Under the pieces are notes generated by a model. It worked only from the letters and a program-made list of their open reading frames with translations, did no database searches and was not told where the DNA came from. 64,000 nt of DNA, taken from NCBI GenBank assembly GCA_037444445.1, contig JBBIMK010000009.1, forward strand, positions 6-64,005, in the 5' to 3' direction. A program made the position numbers and the translations under genes. The stretch comes from a bacterium. GTDB lineage: Bacteria; UBP7; UBA6624; JBBIMK01. Position 1 is the stretch's first letter. Each line of letters starts with the position of its first letter. Shown here piece by piece: positions 1 to 9,139 of this stretch.

Positions 1-440
1 GCACCTCCCTCAGGTGGTGGTCCGAAGCCAAAACCAGGCCCACCTGGCGGTGGTCCCATCGGCCTGGGCTCCTCAATGACTATCTTCTTCACCAGTTTAA
101 GCGTCTTTGCCTCATACTGGAAAAGAGTGTTGCCGAGGAGGATGTAGATAGAGTCACCGACGGCTACCATAGCAGATGGAGGAGTGGAGGGAGGAAATGG
201 CATCATCGGACGCATTTCCCCAAATCCTGGACGAGGTCCACCTGGCTGAGGACCAAAACCAGGTCCACCCGGCGGTGGTCCACCCGGTGGAGGTCCAAAT
301 CCTGGACCACCGGGTTGTCCGGGAACGGGTGGTTGAGCCAGTGCCACCGGTGCTGTGGAGTTTCCAACGGTCAACCCTACCACCAACCCCACCACAAGAG
401 CCACCAATGTTACTGCGAAAAGCCACTTCTTACCGACCAT
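1..440 (-). CDS. Secreted Gly/Pro-rich repeat protein, partial (N-terminal part only; C-terminus lies beyond the left edge)
   Basis: Open frame on the minus strand from the ATG (complement of 438-440) to the window edge with no stops. GGAGGTGA Shine-Dalgarno sits 8-9 nt upstream. The N-terminus MVGKKWLFAVTLVALVVGLVVG is signal/TM-like, followed by GGPGFGPPPGG-type repeats. It is not in the supplied ORF table because it has no stop inside the window. Confidence 0.5.
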   Translation of the reverse strand, partial: MVGKKWLFAVTLVALVVGLVVGLTVGNSTAPVALAQPPVPGQPGGPGFGPPPGGPPPGGPGFGPQPGGPRPGFGEMRPMMPFPPSTPPSAMVAVGDSIYILLGNTLFQYEAKTLKLVKKIVIEEPRPMGPPPGGPGFGFGPPPEGG

Positions 441-676
441 CTATACTCACCTCCGATCAATTAAACTCGCCAGAGAAGAAAAAGTTTCACCCATCCGGAT
501 TCCCCTGTGGTCAACAAGCCCCTCCCCTACATCACACTACGAACCGTGTGTCATTCTGAGTCGAAGGCAATGCATCCGCCTCGCTTTTCAAAATGCCCCC
601 TTTTGGGGTCAGGCACCAAACGGTGGCATTCTTAGGCGATTCATCGCCGCTTTTGGAAGTGAAAGCGGATGGGTGC

Positions 677-1231
677 CTACAATTTCGGTAGGGTGATGCC
701 CATTTGTTTCTGGTATTTCCCCTGTTTATCTGCGTAAGAGATGAGACACACCTGGTCGGCTTCAAAGAAAATCACCTGGGCAATACCTTCGTTGGCATAG
801 ATTTTGGCTGGCAGGGGTGTGGTGTTGGAAATCTCTAATGTGGCAAAGCCTTCCCACTCTGGCTCAAATGGGGTTACATTGACGATGATTCCGCACCGGG
901 CGTAGGTGCTTTTCCCGAGGCAAATAGTGAGGATATTTCGGGGGATGCGAAAGTATTCCACGGTTTTAGCCAGGGCGAAGGAGTTGGGCGGAATTACGCA
1001 ATAGGCCCCCTTCATCTCCACGAAACTTTTCTCATCAAAGTTTTTTGGGTCCACAATGGTGGTGTAGATATTCGTGAAGACCTTAAATTCGTCCGCCACA
1101 CGGATGTCATAGCCGTAGGAAGAAAGCCCGAAGGAAATCACGCTTCTGGAAATCTGGCTTTCCACGAATGGCTCTATCATTCGGTGTTTCAGAGCCATTT
1201 CCTTAATCCAGGAGTCGGATTTAATGCTCAC
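677..1231 (-). CDS. dcd: dCTP deaminase
   Basis: 184-aa ORF with the dUTPase-like beta-barrel family signature ([40 protein letters not shown]). Its length is typical of Dcd. Confidence 0.85.
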   Translation of the reverse strand: MSIKSDSWIKEMALKHRMIEPFVESQISRSVISFGLSSYGYDIRVADEFKVFTNIYTTIVDPKNFDEKSFVEMKGAYCVIPPNSFALAKTVEYFRIPRNILTICLGKSTYARCGIIVNVTPFEPEWEGFATLEISNTTPLPAKIYANEGIAQVIFFEADQVCLISYADKQGKYQKQMGITLPKL

Positions 1232-1234
1232 AGG

Positions 1235-3553
1235 TTATCCGCAGTTGGAATAGCCGCAGGAATAGCATTTGGCACAACCTTCACTCATCACGAGGATTCC
1301 GCCGCAGTCGGGACACAGGTCCGGGTCTGCCTTTTTCCCTTTGGTTTCCCCCGAACGATTGGAAGATTTGATTTCAGGTTCTTCTAACTGGAAGAGGAGA
1401 GCGTTGCTATCACCATTCAGCCCCAGATACTTTTCAATGGCTTTGGCGATGGCATCCGGAATGGAGTGGGTGATGGAGCCATCCTCCTGGCGTTTGGACA
1501 TAATACTGCGTATGCCTTTGAGTTGTTCAATGACATCATCGGGGCGGAGGCCGGAGCGGAAGGCGAGGGAAATGAGCCTGCCAACGGCTTCCGTCAGGGA
1601 AGCCAGGGCAGAACCGGTTTTCCCGATGTTAGCGAAGACTTCAAAGATGCCCTTCTCATCTTCATTGATGGTGATATAGAGGTGCCCTAATTCGGTGTCC
1701 ATCTTAATGGTTTTTCCGGAGGTAATCTGGGGGCGGGGGCGGGGCTTCAATACCTTCTTCGTGCCCTCAAACTCCGTCTCTTTCGTCCCCACATTCAGAA
1801 CCTGCTGAGGACGCGACCCATCCCGATATACGGTCACTCCCTTACAATGTAACCGGTAAGCCAGGTGATACGCTTTCCCAATGTCCTCCATCGTAGCGGA
1901 GTTGGGCAGGTTGATGGTCTTGGAAACGGACGAATCTACATACTTTTGCCCGGCTGCCTGAATCCTCACATGCTGTTCCGTGGGAATGTCAAAGGTGGTT
2001 TCAAAAATCGCCCGAATATAATCTGGAATCTCCTTCAATCCTTTGATGCTGGGGGCTTCACTGATTTTCCGGAATAAAGCCTCAGTGTAGAAACCCAATT
2101 CTTTGCTTGCCTGCAGGAAATAAGGATTGGCGTAATACAATTTCGTGCCTTCCATCACATGCTTCATCCACACGATGGAAAAATGGGGTTCAATCCCACT
2201 GGAAGCATCCGCAATCATAGAAATGGTGCCAGTGGGTGCGATGGTGTTCACGCAGGCATTCCTCATGGGCGTGCCCTTGAAAATACTATACTCTATCCAG
2301 GGGAAAGACCCTTTCTGCTCCCCCAGCTTTCGGGAAGCCTCCCGGGCTTGCTCATACAACACTTTCATCAGTTCCTCACAGGCCTGAAGAGCATCCTCAG
2401 AGGAATAGGGAATGCCCATCAGATAAAGCAAATCGGCGAAACCCATAATCCCCAGGCCAATTTTACGAGTGTTCTTCGCCATGCGCTCAATCTCCTGTAT
2501 CGGATACAGATTTGCGTCAATTACATTATCCAGGAAATGGGTGCAGAGGCGCACTATCTTCCCATACTCATTCCAGTCAAAGCGGTTACGGACTTCTTTC
2601 CACCGGGCGGGGCGTTTCTTCTCCAAATACCAGGGAGTTCCCGGGTAAAACTTCGCCACATGGATGGAGCCGAGATTGCACACTTCATACGGAAGGAGAG
2701 GCTGTTCTCCACACGGATTCGTGGCTTCAATCTGAAATTCTGGATGATGAACGGGTGTTGCCTCGTTCATTTTATCAATGAAAATCACTCCAGGCTCCCC
2801 GTTTTTCCATGCCTGATAGCATAGTTTATCAAAGACTTCTCGTGCCCTGAGCCTGCCAGTAGTTTGCCCGGTCCTCGGGTTAATCAGGTCATACTCCGTA
2901 TCCTCTTCCACCGCCTCCATAAAGGCATCCGTGACCGCCACCGAGATATTGAAATTGGTGATTTCCCGAACATCATCCTTACAGGTGATGAATTCCAGGA
3001 TGTCCGGATGGTCAACTCGGAGGATGCCCATATTGGCGCCTCTGCGTCTACCGCCCTGCTTGATGGCTTCCGTGGCGCCGTTAAAAACCTTCATAAACGA
3101 AACGGGGCCGGAGGCGACTCCGCCAGTGGTTTTCACCAGGTCGCCACGGGGACGCAGACGGGAGAAAGAGAATCCTGTTCCGCCACCCGTCTGGTGAACT
3201 TTCGCCGCATTCTTCACCGCCTCAAAGATTCCTTCAATAGAGTCTTCCACAGGAAGCACGAAGCAGGCAGATAACTGCCCGATTGGAGTCCCCGCATTCA
3301 TTAGCGTGGGCGAATTGGGCAGGAATTGAAAATTGGTCATCATCGTATAAAAACGGTGTGCCAGTTCCTCTATCTCTTCCCCGGTGGCGCCATAATTTTT
3401 TTCCACATCCGCGATGGCTTTCGCCACCCGCCAGAATAACTCCTCCGGCGTTTCTACCACCTCTCCCCGGTCATCTTTTCTCAAATAGCGATTCCGAAGC
3501 ACCGTCAGTGCATTTTCTGACACCTTTATCGGCTCTAATACCCCTTTTTCCAT
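1235..3553 (-). CDS. nrdJ: Adenosylcobalamin-dependent (class II) ribonucleoside-diphosphate/triphosphate reductase
   Basis: 772-aa ORF with the RNR catalytic core (NPCGEQPL, thiyl-radical Cys region). C-terminal Cys cluster CPDCGG...CAKCYSCGYSNCG is typical of NrdJ. AGGAGGG Shine-Dalgarno lies upstream of the ATG. Confidence 0.9.
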   Translation of the reverse strand: MEKGVLEPIKVSENALTVLRNRYLRKDDRGEVVETPEELFWRVAKAIADVEKNYGATGEEIEELAHRFYTMMTNFQFLPNSPTLMNAGTPIGQLSACFVLPVEDSIEGIFEAVKNAAKVHQTGGGTGFSFSRLRPRGDLVKTTGGVASGPVSFMKVFNGATEAIKQGGRRRGANMGILRVDHPDILEFITCKDDVREITNFNISVAVTDAFMEAVEEDTEYDLINPRTGQTTGRLRAREVFDKLCYQAWKNGEPGVIFIDKMNEATPVHHPEFQIEATNPCGEQPLLPYEVCNLGSIHVAKFYPGTPWYLEKKRPARWKEVRNRFDWNEYGKIVRLCTHFLDNVIDANLYPIQEIERMAKNTRKIGLGIMGFADLLYLMGIPYSSEDALQACEELMKVLYEQAREASRKLGEQKGSFPWIEYSIFKGTPMRNACVNTIAPTGTISMIADASSGIEPHFSIVWMKHVMEGTKLYYANPYFLQASKELGFYTEALFRKISEAPSIKGLKEIPDYIRAIFETTFDIPTEQHVRIQAAGQKYVDSSVSKTINLPNSATMEDIGKAYHLAYRLHCKGVTVYRDGSRPQQVLNVGTKETEFEGTKKVLKPRPRPQITSGKTIKMDTELGHLYITINEDEKGIFEVFANIGKTGSALASLTEAVGRLISLAFRSGLRPDDVIEQLKGIRSIMSKRQEDGSITHSIPDAIAKAIEKYLGLNGDSNALLFQLEEPEIKSSNRSGETKGKKADPDLCPDCGGILVMSEGCAKCYSCGYSNCG

Positions 3554-3844
3554 CCCTTTTCCCTCCTTCTCCCTGCGGTTCCCCGCAGGAGGTCATTTCC
3601 CTCCACAGGGTGTTTTCCCTGTCTCGGTAAATCTTACTATAATACACCCTTCAAGTTTTGTCAACTTTTATGAAAAAAGTTAGTAAATCCCTGCGATTTC
3701 CCCCTTTTATCGCCCCTTATGTTACTCCTTCATTTCCTCACTCCCAAATATAGTATACCTGAATTCTCATGGAAGAGAAATGAGGAAACGATGCCTCAGG
3801 CGAAATGAGAGGAGCCACATCCGGGCAGGGATGGTATAATCAGG

Positions 3845-4798
3845 GTGATGCGGTACTGCCAGAGTGTGATACGGCGAGGAGGTTTCTTCATTATTATTTG
3901 CTGTGCCTTCGTGCTGATTGAACGCTTCTCGTGGCCCGCCTCCCTTACAACATCGGATTCGGATAAGACTTCACCATTACCCGGTAGATATTTCCACCAG
4001 TTGAAAGGGAAGCGGGTGGGAGTTCAGGTGCAAAGCATTGAGTCCACCAACGCTACGGACACTCAGGATTTTAGCCTGGAGAACGACGCCGGGAAGCAAT
4101 TTCTCGGACGAATTCGCATCCCTGTAAAAAAAGGAAAGTATCCTGTGGCTTTCCTGGTGGCCGCTCTGGAAACGGGGCGAACTGTAGTAGACCTCATCCC
4201 TCAGTACGATGACCTGATTGTAGTAAGCCTGGATTATCCTCTAAGCGTGGAACCCATCACCCTCGGAAATGCTCTTCAGGAGATTTCAGCACTTCGCCGG
4301 GGAGGGGCGGAGACCGTGGCAGGCATCTTGCTCACCCTGGACTGGCTGTTAACTCTGCCGGTTGTGGATGTGAAAGATGTCACCCTGATTGCGGTAAGTT
4401 TCGGCGTTTTTACAGCCATTCCAGCGGCAGCCGTGGACGCCCGGATTACGCGCCTCGTGATACTCCAGGGTGGCGGAGACTTGTCCAGAGTCATTTCCGC
4501 CAATGCCTCTCGTTTAGGCCTCCCTCTCCCGCCGAAAATAACTGCCTGGCTCGGAAGCCTGTTCCTCTCACCTTTCGAGCCCAGCTCTTATATCGCACAG
4601 GTTTCCCCCAGGCCTGTCATCATCGTGGCAAGCCAGGATGATGCCTATTTCCCCCGCTCCACAGTGGAATTCCTTTACCGCCGAGCAAAGGAGCCGAAAG
4701 AACTCATCTGGTTCTCTGGCGAGCATCTCGGGCTGGAAAAAGTGGCAATGCTCCAGGAATTTACTCTCTTCATCGTGAAGAAATTGTATGGGAAATGA
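3845..4798 (+). CDS. Membrane-anchored alpha/beta-hydrolase fold protein (dienelactone-hydrolase-like)
   Basis: 317 aa with an N-terminal hydrophobic anchor. It carries a nucleophile-elbow-like AVSFG and alpha/beta hydrolase-like segment pattern. No specific family was recognised. Confidence 0.5.
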   Translation: MMRYCQSVIRRGGFFIIICCAFVLIERFSWPASLTTSDSDKTSPLPGRYFHQLKGKRVGVQVQSIESTNATDTQDFSLENDAGKQFLGRIRIPVKKGKYPVAFLVAALETGRTVVDLIPQYDDLIVVSLDYPLSVEPITLGNALQEISALRRGGAETVAGILLTLDWLLTLPVVDVKDVTLIAVSFGVFTAIPAAAVDARITRLVILQGGGDLSRVISANASRLGLPLPPKITAWLGSLFLSPFEPSSYIAQVSPRPVIIVASQDDAYFPRSTVEFLYRRAKEPKELIWFSGEHLGLEKVAMLQEFTLFIVKKLYGK

Positions 4799-5065
4799 GG
4801 GATAAACCCTCCCCCTGTCAGCACAAGATACCTTTCATTTCTCGCTCATTCTTCACAATACCTGATGGCCTGACACACCAGTGGTTTGAATCTATTCCAG
4901 TGAAAAGATTTTTTCAAACTGTGTTGGTTCATATCCCAAAAACTCGCCCGTGGCTTTTCAGGGTCTAACCTCACAATGTCTTTTACTTTTCGTCCCTGTT
5001 TCAGGATGTGCATTTGCCTCGCTGATTTATGAATTCTTTCCTCCAGCGTATAATGGAAGCAGAGG

Positions 5066-6268
5066 ATGGCGAAAATGGGGAAGGAAGGACAGGTAGAGGT
5101 TGCAATCATTACTTACAATCCGGATTCAGCCATCCTTACCGCCCTTCTGAAGGCTTTGAAGGAGCAAACTTATCCAGTGAGGCAAACCCGGGTGGTGGAT
5201 AATGGCTCCACGGAGCCGGAGAAGGTGAAAGGGATGGCAGGCGAGGTGGAGGTGATTCTCCTCGGGAGGAATGAAGGGTTTCCGTCAGCGGTGAACCGCT
5301 CCGCTCACCTCTCCACCGCTCCTTATCTTCTCATCTTGAATGATGATGTAGTGCCCGAGAGAACCGCCGTGGAAGAGATGATAAAAGTGATGGAGAGTTA
5401 TCCGGATTGCGCCGCCGTGGCGCCCAAAATCTATCTCACTCATTATCCTGGCTTCCTGGATAGCGTGGGAACCCTCGTGAATGAACATCTTTCGGCTTAC
5501 AATCGGGGCATCGGTGAGCCGGACATCGGGCAGTATGACATCGTAGAAAAGACCTTCGGGGTGTGCTTCGCCGCCACTCTCTTGAACCGGAATCTCTTCT
5601 TGAAGATGGGCGGGCTGGAGGCTTCCTTCTTCTCGTATTACGAAGATGTAGACTGGTGCTTCCGTGCCAATGCAGCAGGATGGCATATCTATACCGCTCC
5701 CTCAGCCCGTTTTTTCCACCTCCACGCCCGGGCATGGAGAAAGGAAAATCCACATCGCCGGTATTTTTTAGTTCAGCGAAATCTCCTCCGAACCGCATTA
5801 TGGAACCTTCGCCCACGGGCTTGCCTCCGAACCATCTGCCACAAATTCAGAGAACACTTCCGACGGTTCATTCAGACCCCAGAATACCGCTTTGTTACCC
5901 TCCAAATTTTTTCTTCCTTTCTCCCGGATGTTTTCACTTTCTACCCCCATCGCCTTCGCAGGCAAAAAAAAAGGAAACTCGCTGACCACGACATTTTCCG
6001 CTATTCCTACGGCTATGAACCGCATTTTGACCCGCTGAATTATCGCCCGCTTTATACCCTCGGTAACCTTCATCAAGCCTACAAACGCCTCTTTGAAATC
6101 ACCCTGAAAGATGAAGTCGGCCTAAAGGCCGAAGCGCTGAAAGGATTACAGGAGCGAAGCAGAAGTTTACCTCTCCCCTTTCTTCAACAGAAGTTGAGAG
6201 AGATTTTGAAAGGAGAGCCCCCCATCATCCACCAATTCATAGATAACCTGGAGCCGGAAAATGAATGA
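5066..6268 (+). CDS. Family 2 glycosyltransferase
   Basis: N-terminal GT-A fold signature (VAIITYNPD...LKEQTY, VVDNGSTE, LILNDDVVP with DxD-like motif). 400 aa. Confidence 0.75.
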   Translation: MAKMGKEGQVEVAIITYNPDSAILTALLKALKEQTYPVRQTRVVDNGSTEPEKVKGMAGEVEVILLGRNEGFPSAVNRSAHLSTAPYLLILNDDVVPERTAVEEMIKVMESYPDCAAVAPKIYLTHYPGFLDSVGTLVNEHLSAYNRGIGEPDIGQYDIVEKTFGVCFAATLLNRNLFLKMGGLEASFFSYYEDVDWCFRANAAGWHIYTAPSARFFHLHARAWRKENPHRRYFLVQRNLLRTALWNLRPRACLRTICHKFREHFRRFIQTPEYRFVTLQIFSSFLPDVFTFYPHRLRRQKKRKLADHDIFRYSYGYEPHFDPLNYRPLYTLGNLHQAYKRLFEITLKDEVGLKAEALKGLQERSRSLPLPFLQQKLREILKGEPPIIHQFIDNLEPENE

Positions 6269-7259
6269 ATCCGAAATCGCCAGCGAAACATATCTACAGG
6301 CTATCCAGAAGGAATCCGCTTTCTGGGACCATTTCAACGAGGATGCCGTGGCTCACGGCATCCCTCACTGGCTGGATGTCCGGAAAGCCACTCCTTTAAG
6401 GCGAGGAATCTGGTCGCCATTTGATGACCCGAAATATGAAGAAATCCTTCGGGGTAGTATCAAGCGAACCTACCTGAAAATAGCACTGCAGAAGAAGGGA
6501 AAGGCACTGGACATTGGCTGCGGGCTGGGATGGCTGGCTCTGGAATTAGCCCGCCACGGCATAGATGTCCTGGCTCTGGACATCAGCCAGAAAAGCCTCC
6601 AAATTGCTAAAGCGTATTATGAGAAAGAAAAACCCCCGGGTAAAATTGAGTATCAATGGGCGGATTTGAACCGCATCTCCCTGCCTGAAAACGAGTTTGA
6701 CCTTATTGTCGTCTGGGATGTCCTCCATCACATTACCAATCTAAAGGGCTTATTTTCCGAAATTTCCTCCACACTGAAGCCCGATGGAAGATTATTGATT
6801 TTTGACCATAAAGGGATGGAAGAGAAGAATTTAAGATTCTACCGTTGGTTTCACTATTTCGTCCCCGCCGCCCCTGAAATGTATTTCAATAAAATTCGCT
6901 TCTGGCTGGAAAAAGGGGGCTTTCTACACCCTCGGCCGAAACCTCACCCGCCTCCCAATGAACCTGTGATTGCCGATGCCCCTTTTGAACACCATTCAGA
7001 GAAAGAAATCCTCCCCGTCCTGAAAGAACATTTCCAGGAAATTCAGGTGGAAACCCATCTCTGTTTTGCCATGCACCTGGCTCATTTCCACCGCCTGCCC
7101 AAGCTCGGCGAATACTTCTACTTACGCCTTCTCAGACGCCTGGACGACTGGCTCATCCGGAAAGGATTTCTCACAGGCGAATACTTCCTCGCCATCTACC
7201 CGCCTCCGAGAAACCCACCCATGGGTTCTATCGGGCTGTCGCCCCGCCATCTCCAGTAG
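6261..7259 (+). CDS. Class I SAM-dependent methyltransferase
   Basis: Motif I LDIGCGLGWLALELARHG, acidic motif II VLALDIS, motif IV-like DLIVVWDVLHH. It overlaps the GT2 stop by 8 nt, which suggests an operon. Confidence 0.75.
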   Translation: MNESEIASETYLQAIQKESAFWDHFNEDAVAHGIPHWLDVRKATPLRRGIWSPFDDPKYEEILRGSIKRTYLKIALQKKGKALDIGCGLGWLALELARHGIDVLALDISQKSLQIAKAYYEKEKPPGKIEYQWADLNRISLPENEFDLIVVWDVLHHITNLKGLFSEISSTLKPDGRLLIFDHKGMEEKNLRFYRWFHYFVPAAPEMYFNKIRFWLEKGGFLHPRPKPHPPPNEPVIADAPFEHHSEKEILPVLKEHFQEIQVETHLCFAMHLAHFHRLPKLGEYFYLRLLRRLDDWLIRKGFLTGEYFLAIYPPPRNPPMGSIGLSPRHLQ

Positions 7260-7341
7260 ATGACAGGGAGCCGGAGCACTCAATATCAACAAGGATTTGC
7301 ACCGGGTGGATGCCTGACTGCATACTTTCCTATGAAAGATG

Positions 7342-7349
7342 GTATAATA
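7342..7349 (+). promoter_or_regulatory. Extended -10 promoter element (TGgTATAAT) upstream of hrcA
   Basis: tggtataat lies at 7341-7349, 16 nt upstream of the hrcA ATG (7365). No good -35 is present, consistent with an extended -10 promoter. Confidence 0.35.
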
Positions 7350-7364
7350 TACGGTGGAAGACGG

Positions 7365-8396
7365 ATGGAAGTGCTGACGGAACGTCAGAAAAGGATTTTA
7401 ACCACGATAGTAGAGAATTATTTTGTTCATGCGAAGCCCGTGGCTTCTACCCCGCTGGCAGAATCCGGGGCTTTTCCTTACAGTTCCCCCACGATTCGCA
7501 ACGATATGCTGAAACTGGAGAAAATGGGATATCTCGTGAAACTCCACGCATCCAGCGGGCGAATCCCTTCGGAAAAAGCCTACCGGCTGTATGTGGAGAA
7601 CCTGTTGCTATTCCCCCCCAGAGTTGTTTTTCCAGGCGTTCAGCGGCTGGCTCGGAAGTGGAAAAAAGTGGAGTCGGAACTGAGAACATTCCTGACGGAA
7701 GCATTGAACACCCTTGCTCAGGAGGCTTCAGCGGTTGCCTTTGCCTCTCTTCCTCTTCTGGACTCGGAAGAAATCCAATTCCTGCGGATTACACCCTTTG
7801 AGAGCACCCAGATTTTAGTGTCGCTGAGAGGCGCTTCTGGATGGCAAGAAACTCGCCTGCTATATCTCCCCGAATCGGTTCAGGAGTTCCGCTGGGAAGA
7901 GATTTCTTCGGAACTGACGGATTGGCTGAAAGGACGTCGGATTTCTACGATTACTCCCTCTTTCCTGAATCGGATGTTTTCAAATGTGAAAGAGAAAGTT
8001 CTTCTGAAGGCGGTGTTATCGTCTTTTTTCTACAGCCTTCAAAGTTCCGAGCGTTTCTACCACGAGGGGCTCTGGTATCTTCCTGCCCAGCCGGAGTTTC
8101 AAGCCTCACCGGAGAAGGTGGCAAAACTGCTACGGCTGTTGGAGGAGCCAGGGGACCTGATAGATATTCTGGTGGGGATGGAAGAAAAAATCGGTGTGGT
8201 GTGGGAAAGCGCCCTTCGTTCCATAGGCCTGGAGGGGTGCGTGATTGTCAGCCAGATTTATTCTCCAGGCGGTCTTCGGGGGTTCGTGGGCGTTGCCGGT
8301 CCCATCCGGCTGAATTATCCCCGGGTGCTTCCCCTTTTACAATCCCTTTCCACCACATTGGCTCATCATTTTCACTCCATGCTCATCTCCGAATGA
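7365..8396 (+). CDS. hrcA: Heat-inducible transcription repressor HrcA
   Basis: N-terminal winged-helix MEVLTERQKRILTTIVENYF...PVASTPLAE and overall HrcA architecture. The internal ATG at 7365 was chosen over the table start (7260) because HrcA homology begins there. A CIRCE operator is present in front of groES in the same window. Confidence 0.85.
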   Translation: MEVLTERQKRILTTIVENYFVHAKPVASTPLAESGAFPYSSPTIRNDMLKLEKMGYLVKLHASSGRIPSEKAYRLYVENLLLFPPRVVFPGVQRLARKWKKVESELRTFLTEALNTLAQEASAVAFASLPLLDSEEIQFLRITPFESTQILVSLRGASGWQETRLLYLPESVQEFRWEEISSELTDWLKGRRISTITPSFLNRMFSNVKEKVLLKAVLSSFFYSLQSSERFYHEGLWYLPAQPEFQASPEKVAKLLRLLEEPGDLIDILVGMEEKIGVVWESALRSIGLEGCVIVSQIYSPGGLRGFVGVAGPIRLNYPRVLPLLQSLSTTLAHHFHSMLISE

Positions 8397-9139
8397 GTGT
8401 CCCCAGGGTATTCCTCCCCCATCTTTCCTCGGGGGCAAAAAAAGTAATTCTGCGTAAAGACTCATTTCATCATCTGGTGCATGTCCTGCGCCTTTCTCCG
8501 GGAGATGAATTTACCGTTTATGGCTGGGATGCCGAAGAAGCCCGTGTGGTGGTTCAAGAGGTGGGGAAAGATTATCTAACGGGAGAAATTCTTTCCCGCT
8601 CCCCTTTACCCAGACCCTCCCTCCAGGTTACTGTGCTTCAAGCCCTCCTCAAAGAAAACTCTATGAATACCGTCATCCAGGGGCTTTCCATGCTGGGCGT
8701 CCATCGGCTCATCCCGTTTTATTCTCGCCGAAGCGTCCCTCAACCGGTGCCAGCCCGGGTGGAAAATAAAATGAGACGATGGGGAAAAATCGCCCTCCAC
8801 GCCGCTTCTTTATCCCATCTCCCTTCACCGATGGCTATTCACACACCGACCCCGTTTGCGGAAGCCGTGCAGATGATGCCGGAGATTTCCTGTCGGTGCT
8901 TACTTTATGAGGAAAAGAAGCACTCCGGCTTCGTTTCTTTTCTCCAATCCAGCCCCCCCGCCTCAGAAGTCCTATTGATGGTGGGACCGGAGGGAGGATT
9001 TGAGAAAGGCGAAGTGGAAACCGCACAACAAAACGGCTGGCTACCCCTGTGGCTGGGGCAGCGCATCCTTGCCTCCTCCTTTGCCGGTATCATTGCGGTG
9101 GCGATTCTGCAGGCCTGCTGGGGTGACCTGGGGAAATGA
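8393..9139 (+). CDS. rsmE: 16S rRNA (uracil1498-N3)-methyltransferase RsmE
   Basis: RsmE/YqeU family pattern (N-terminal PUA-like domain, then SPOUT domain with LLMVGPEGGFEKGEVE and C-terminal LGQRILRAETA-like LGQRILASSFA). The ATG overlaps the hrcA stop (ATGA). Confidence 0.85.
   Translation: MSVPRVFLPHLSSGAKKVILRKDSFHHLVHVLRLSPGDEFTVYGWDAEEARVVVQEVGKDYLTGEILSRSPLPRPSLQVTVLQALLKENSMNTVIQGLSMLGVHRLIPFYSRRSVPQPVPARVENKMRRWGKIALHAASLSHLPSPMAIHTPTPFAEAVQMMPEISCRCLLYEEKKHSGFVSFLQSSPPASEVLLMVGPEGGFEKGEVETAQQNGWLPLWLGQRILASSFAGIIAVAILQACWGDLGK

Noticed and set aside
154-696. Table ORFs 154-426 (-), 176-559 (+) and 355-696 (+).
   Set aside because: They are superseded by the open minus-strand frame 1-440, which has a strong Shine-Dalgarno and a signal peptide. 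These ORFs have no RBS and have low-complexity translations arising from the Gly/Pro codon repeats.
2159-2824. Long plus-strand ORFs (221 aa and others) inside the nrdJ region.
   Set aside because: They are antisense shadow ORFs of a well-supported, homology-bearing gene on the opposite strand and have no recognisable motifs. The same applies to 12293-12904 (+), 18280-18996 (-), 26106-26777 (-), 22907-23560 (+), 37771-38385 (+), 40747-41409 (+), 44630-45187 (-), 55999-56445 (-) and 56959-57504 (+).
3554-3844. Cobalamin riboswitch or NrdR box upstream of the B12-dependent nrdJ.
   Set aside because: No GCCACTG B12-box or palindromic NrdR-box-like 16-mer was visible by eye. Only a short hairpin next to the RBS was found, reported as a low-interest finding.
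4846-5109. 87-aa minus-strand ORF in the hydrolase-GT2 intergenic region.
   Set aside because: No RBS, no motif, and it overlaps the GT2 start. It is more likely the promoter region for the GT2-methyltransferase operon.
7270-7300. CIRCE operator upstream of hrcA.
   Set aside because: Only a left half-site (GGAGCACTC) is present. The right arm does not match GAGTGCTAA. A bona fide CIRCE is present only in front of groES.
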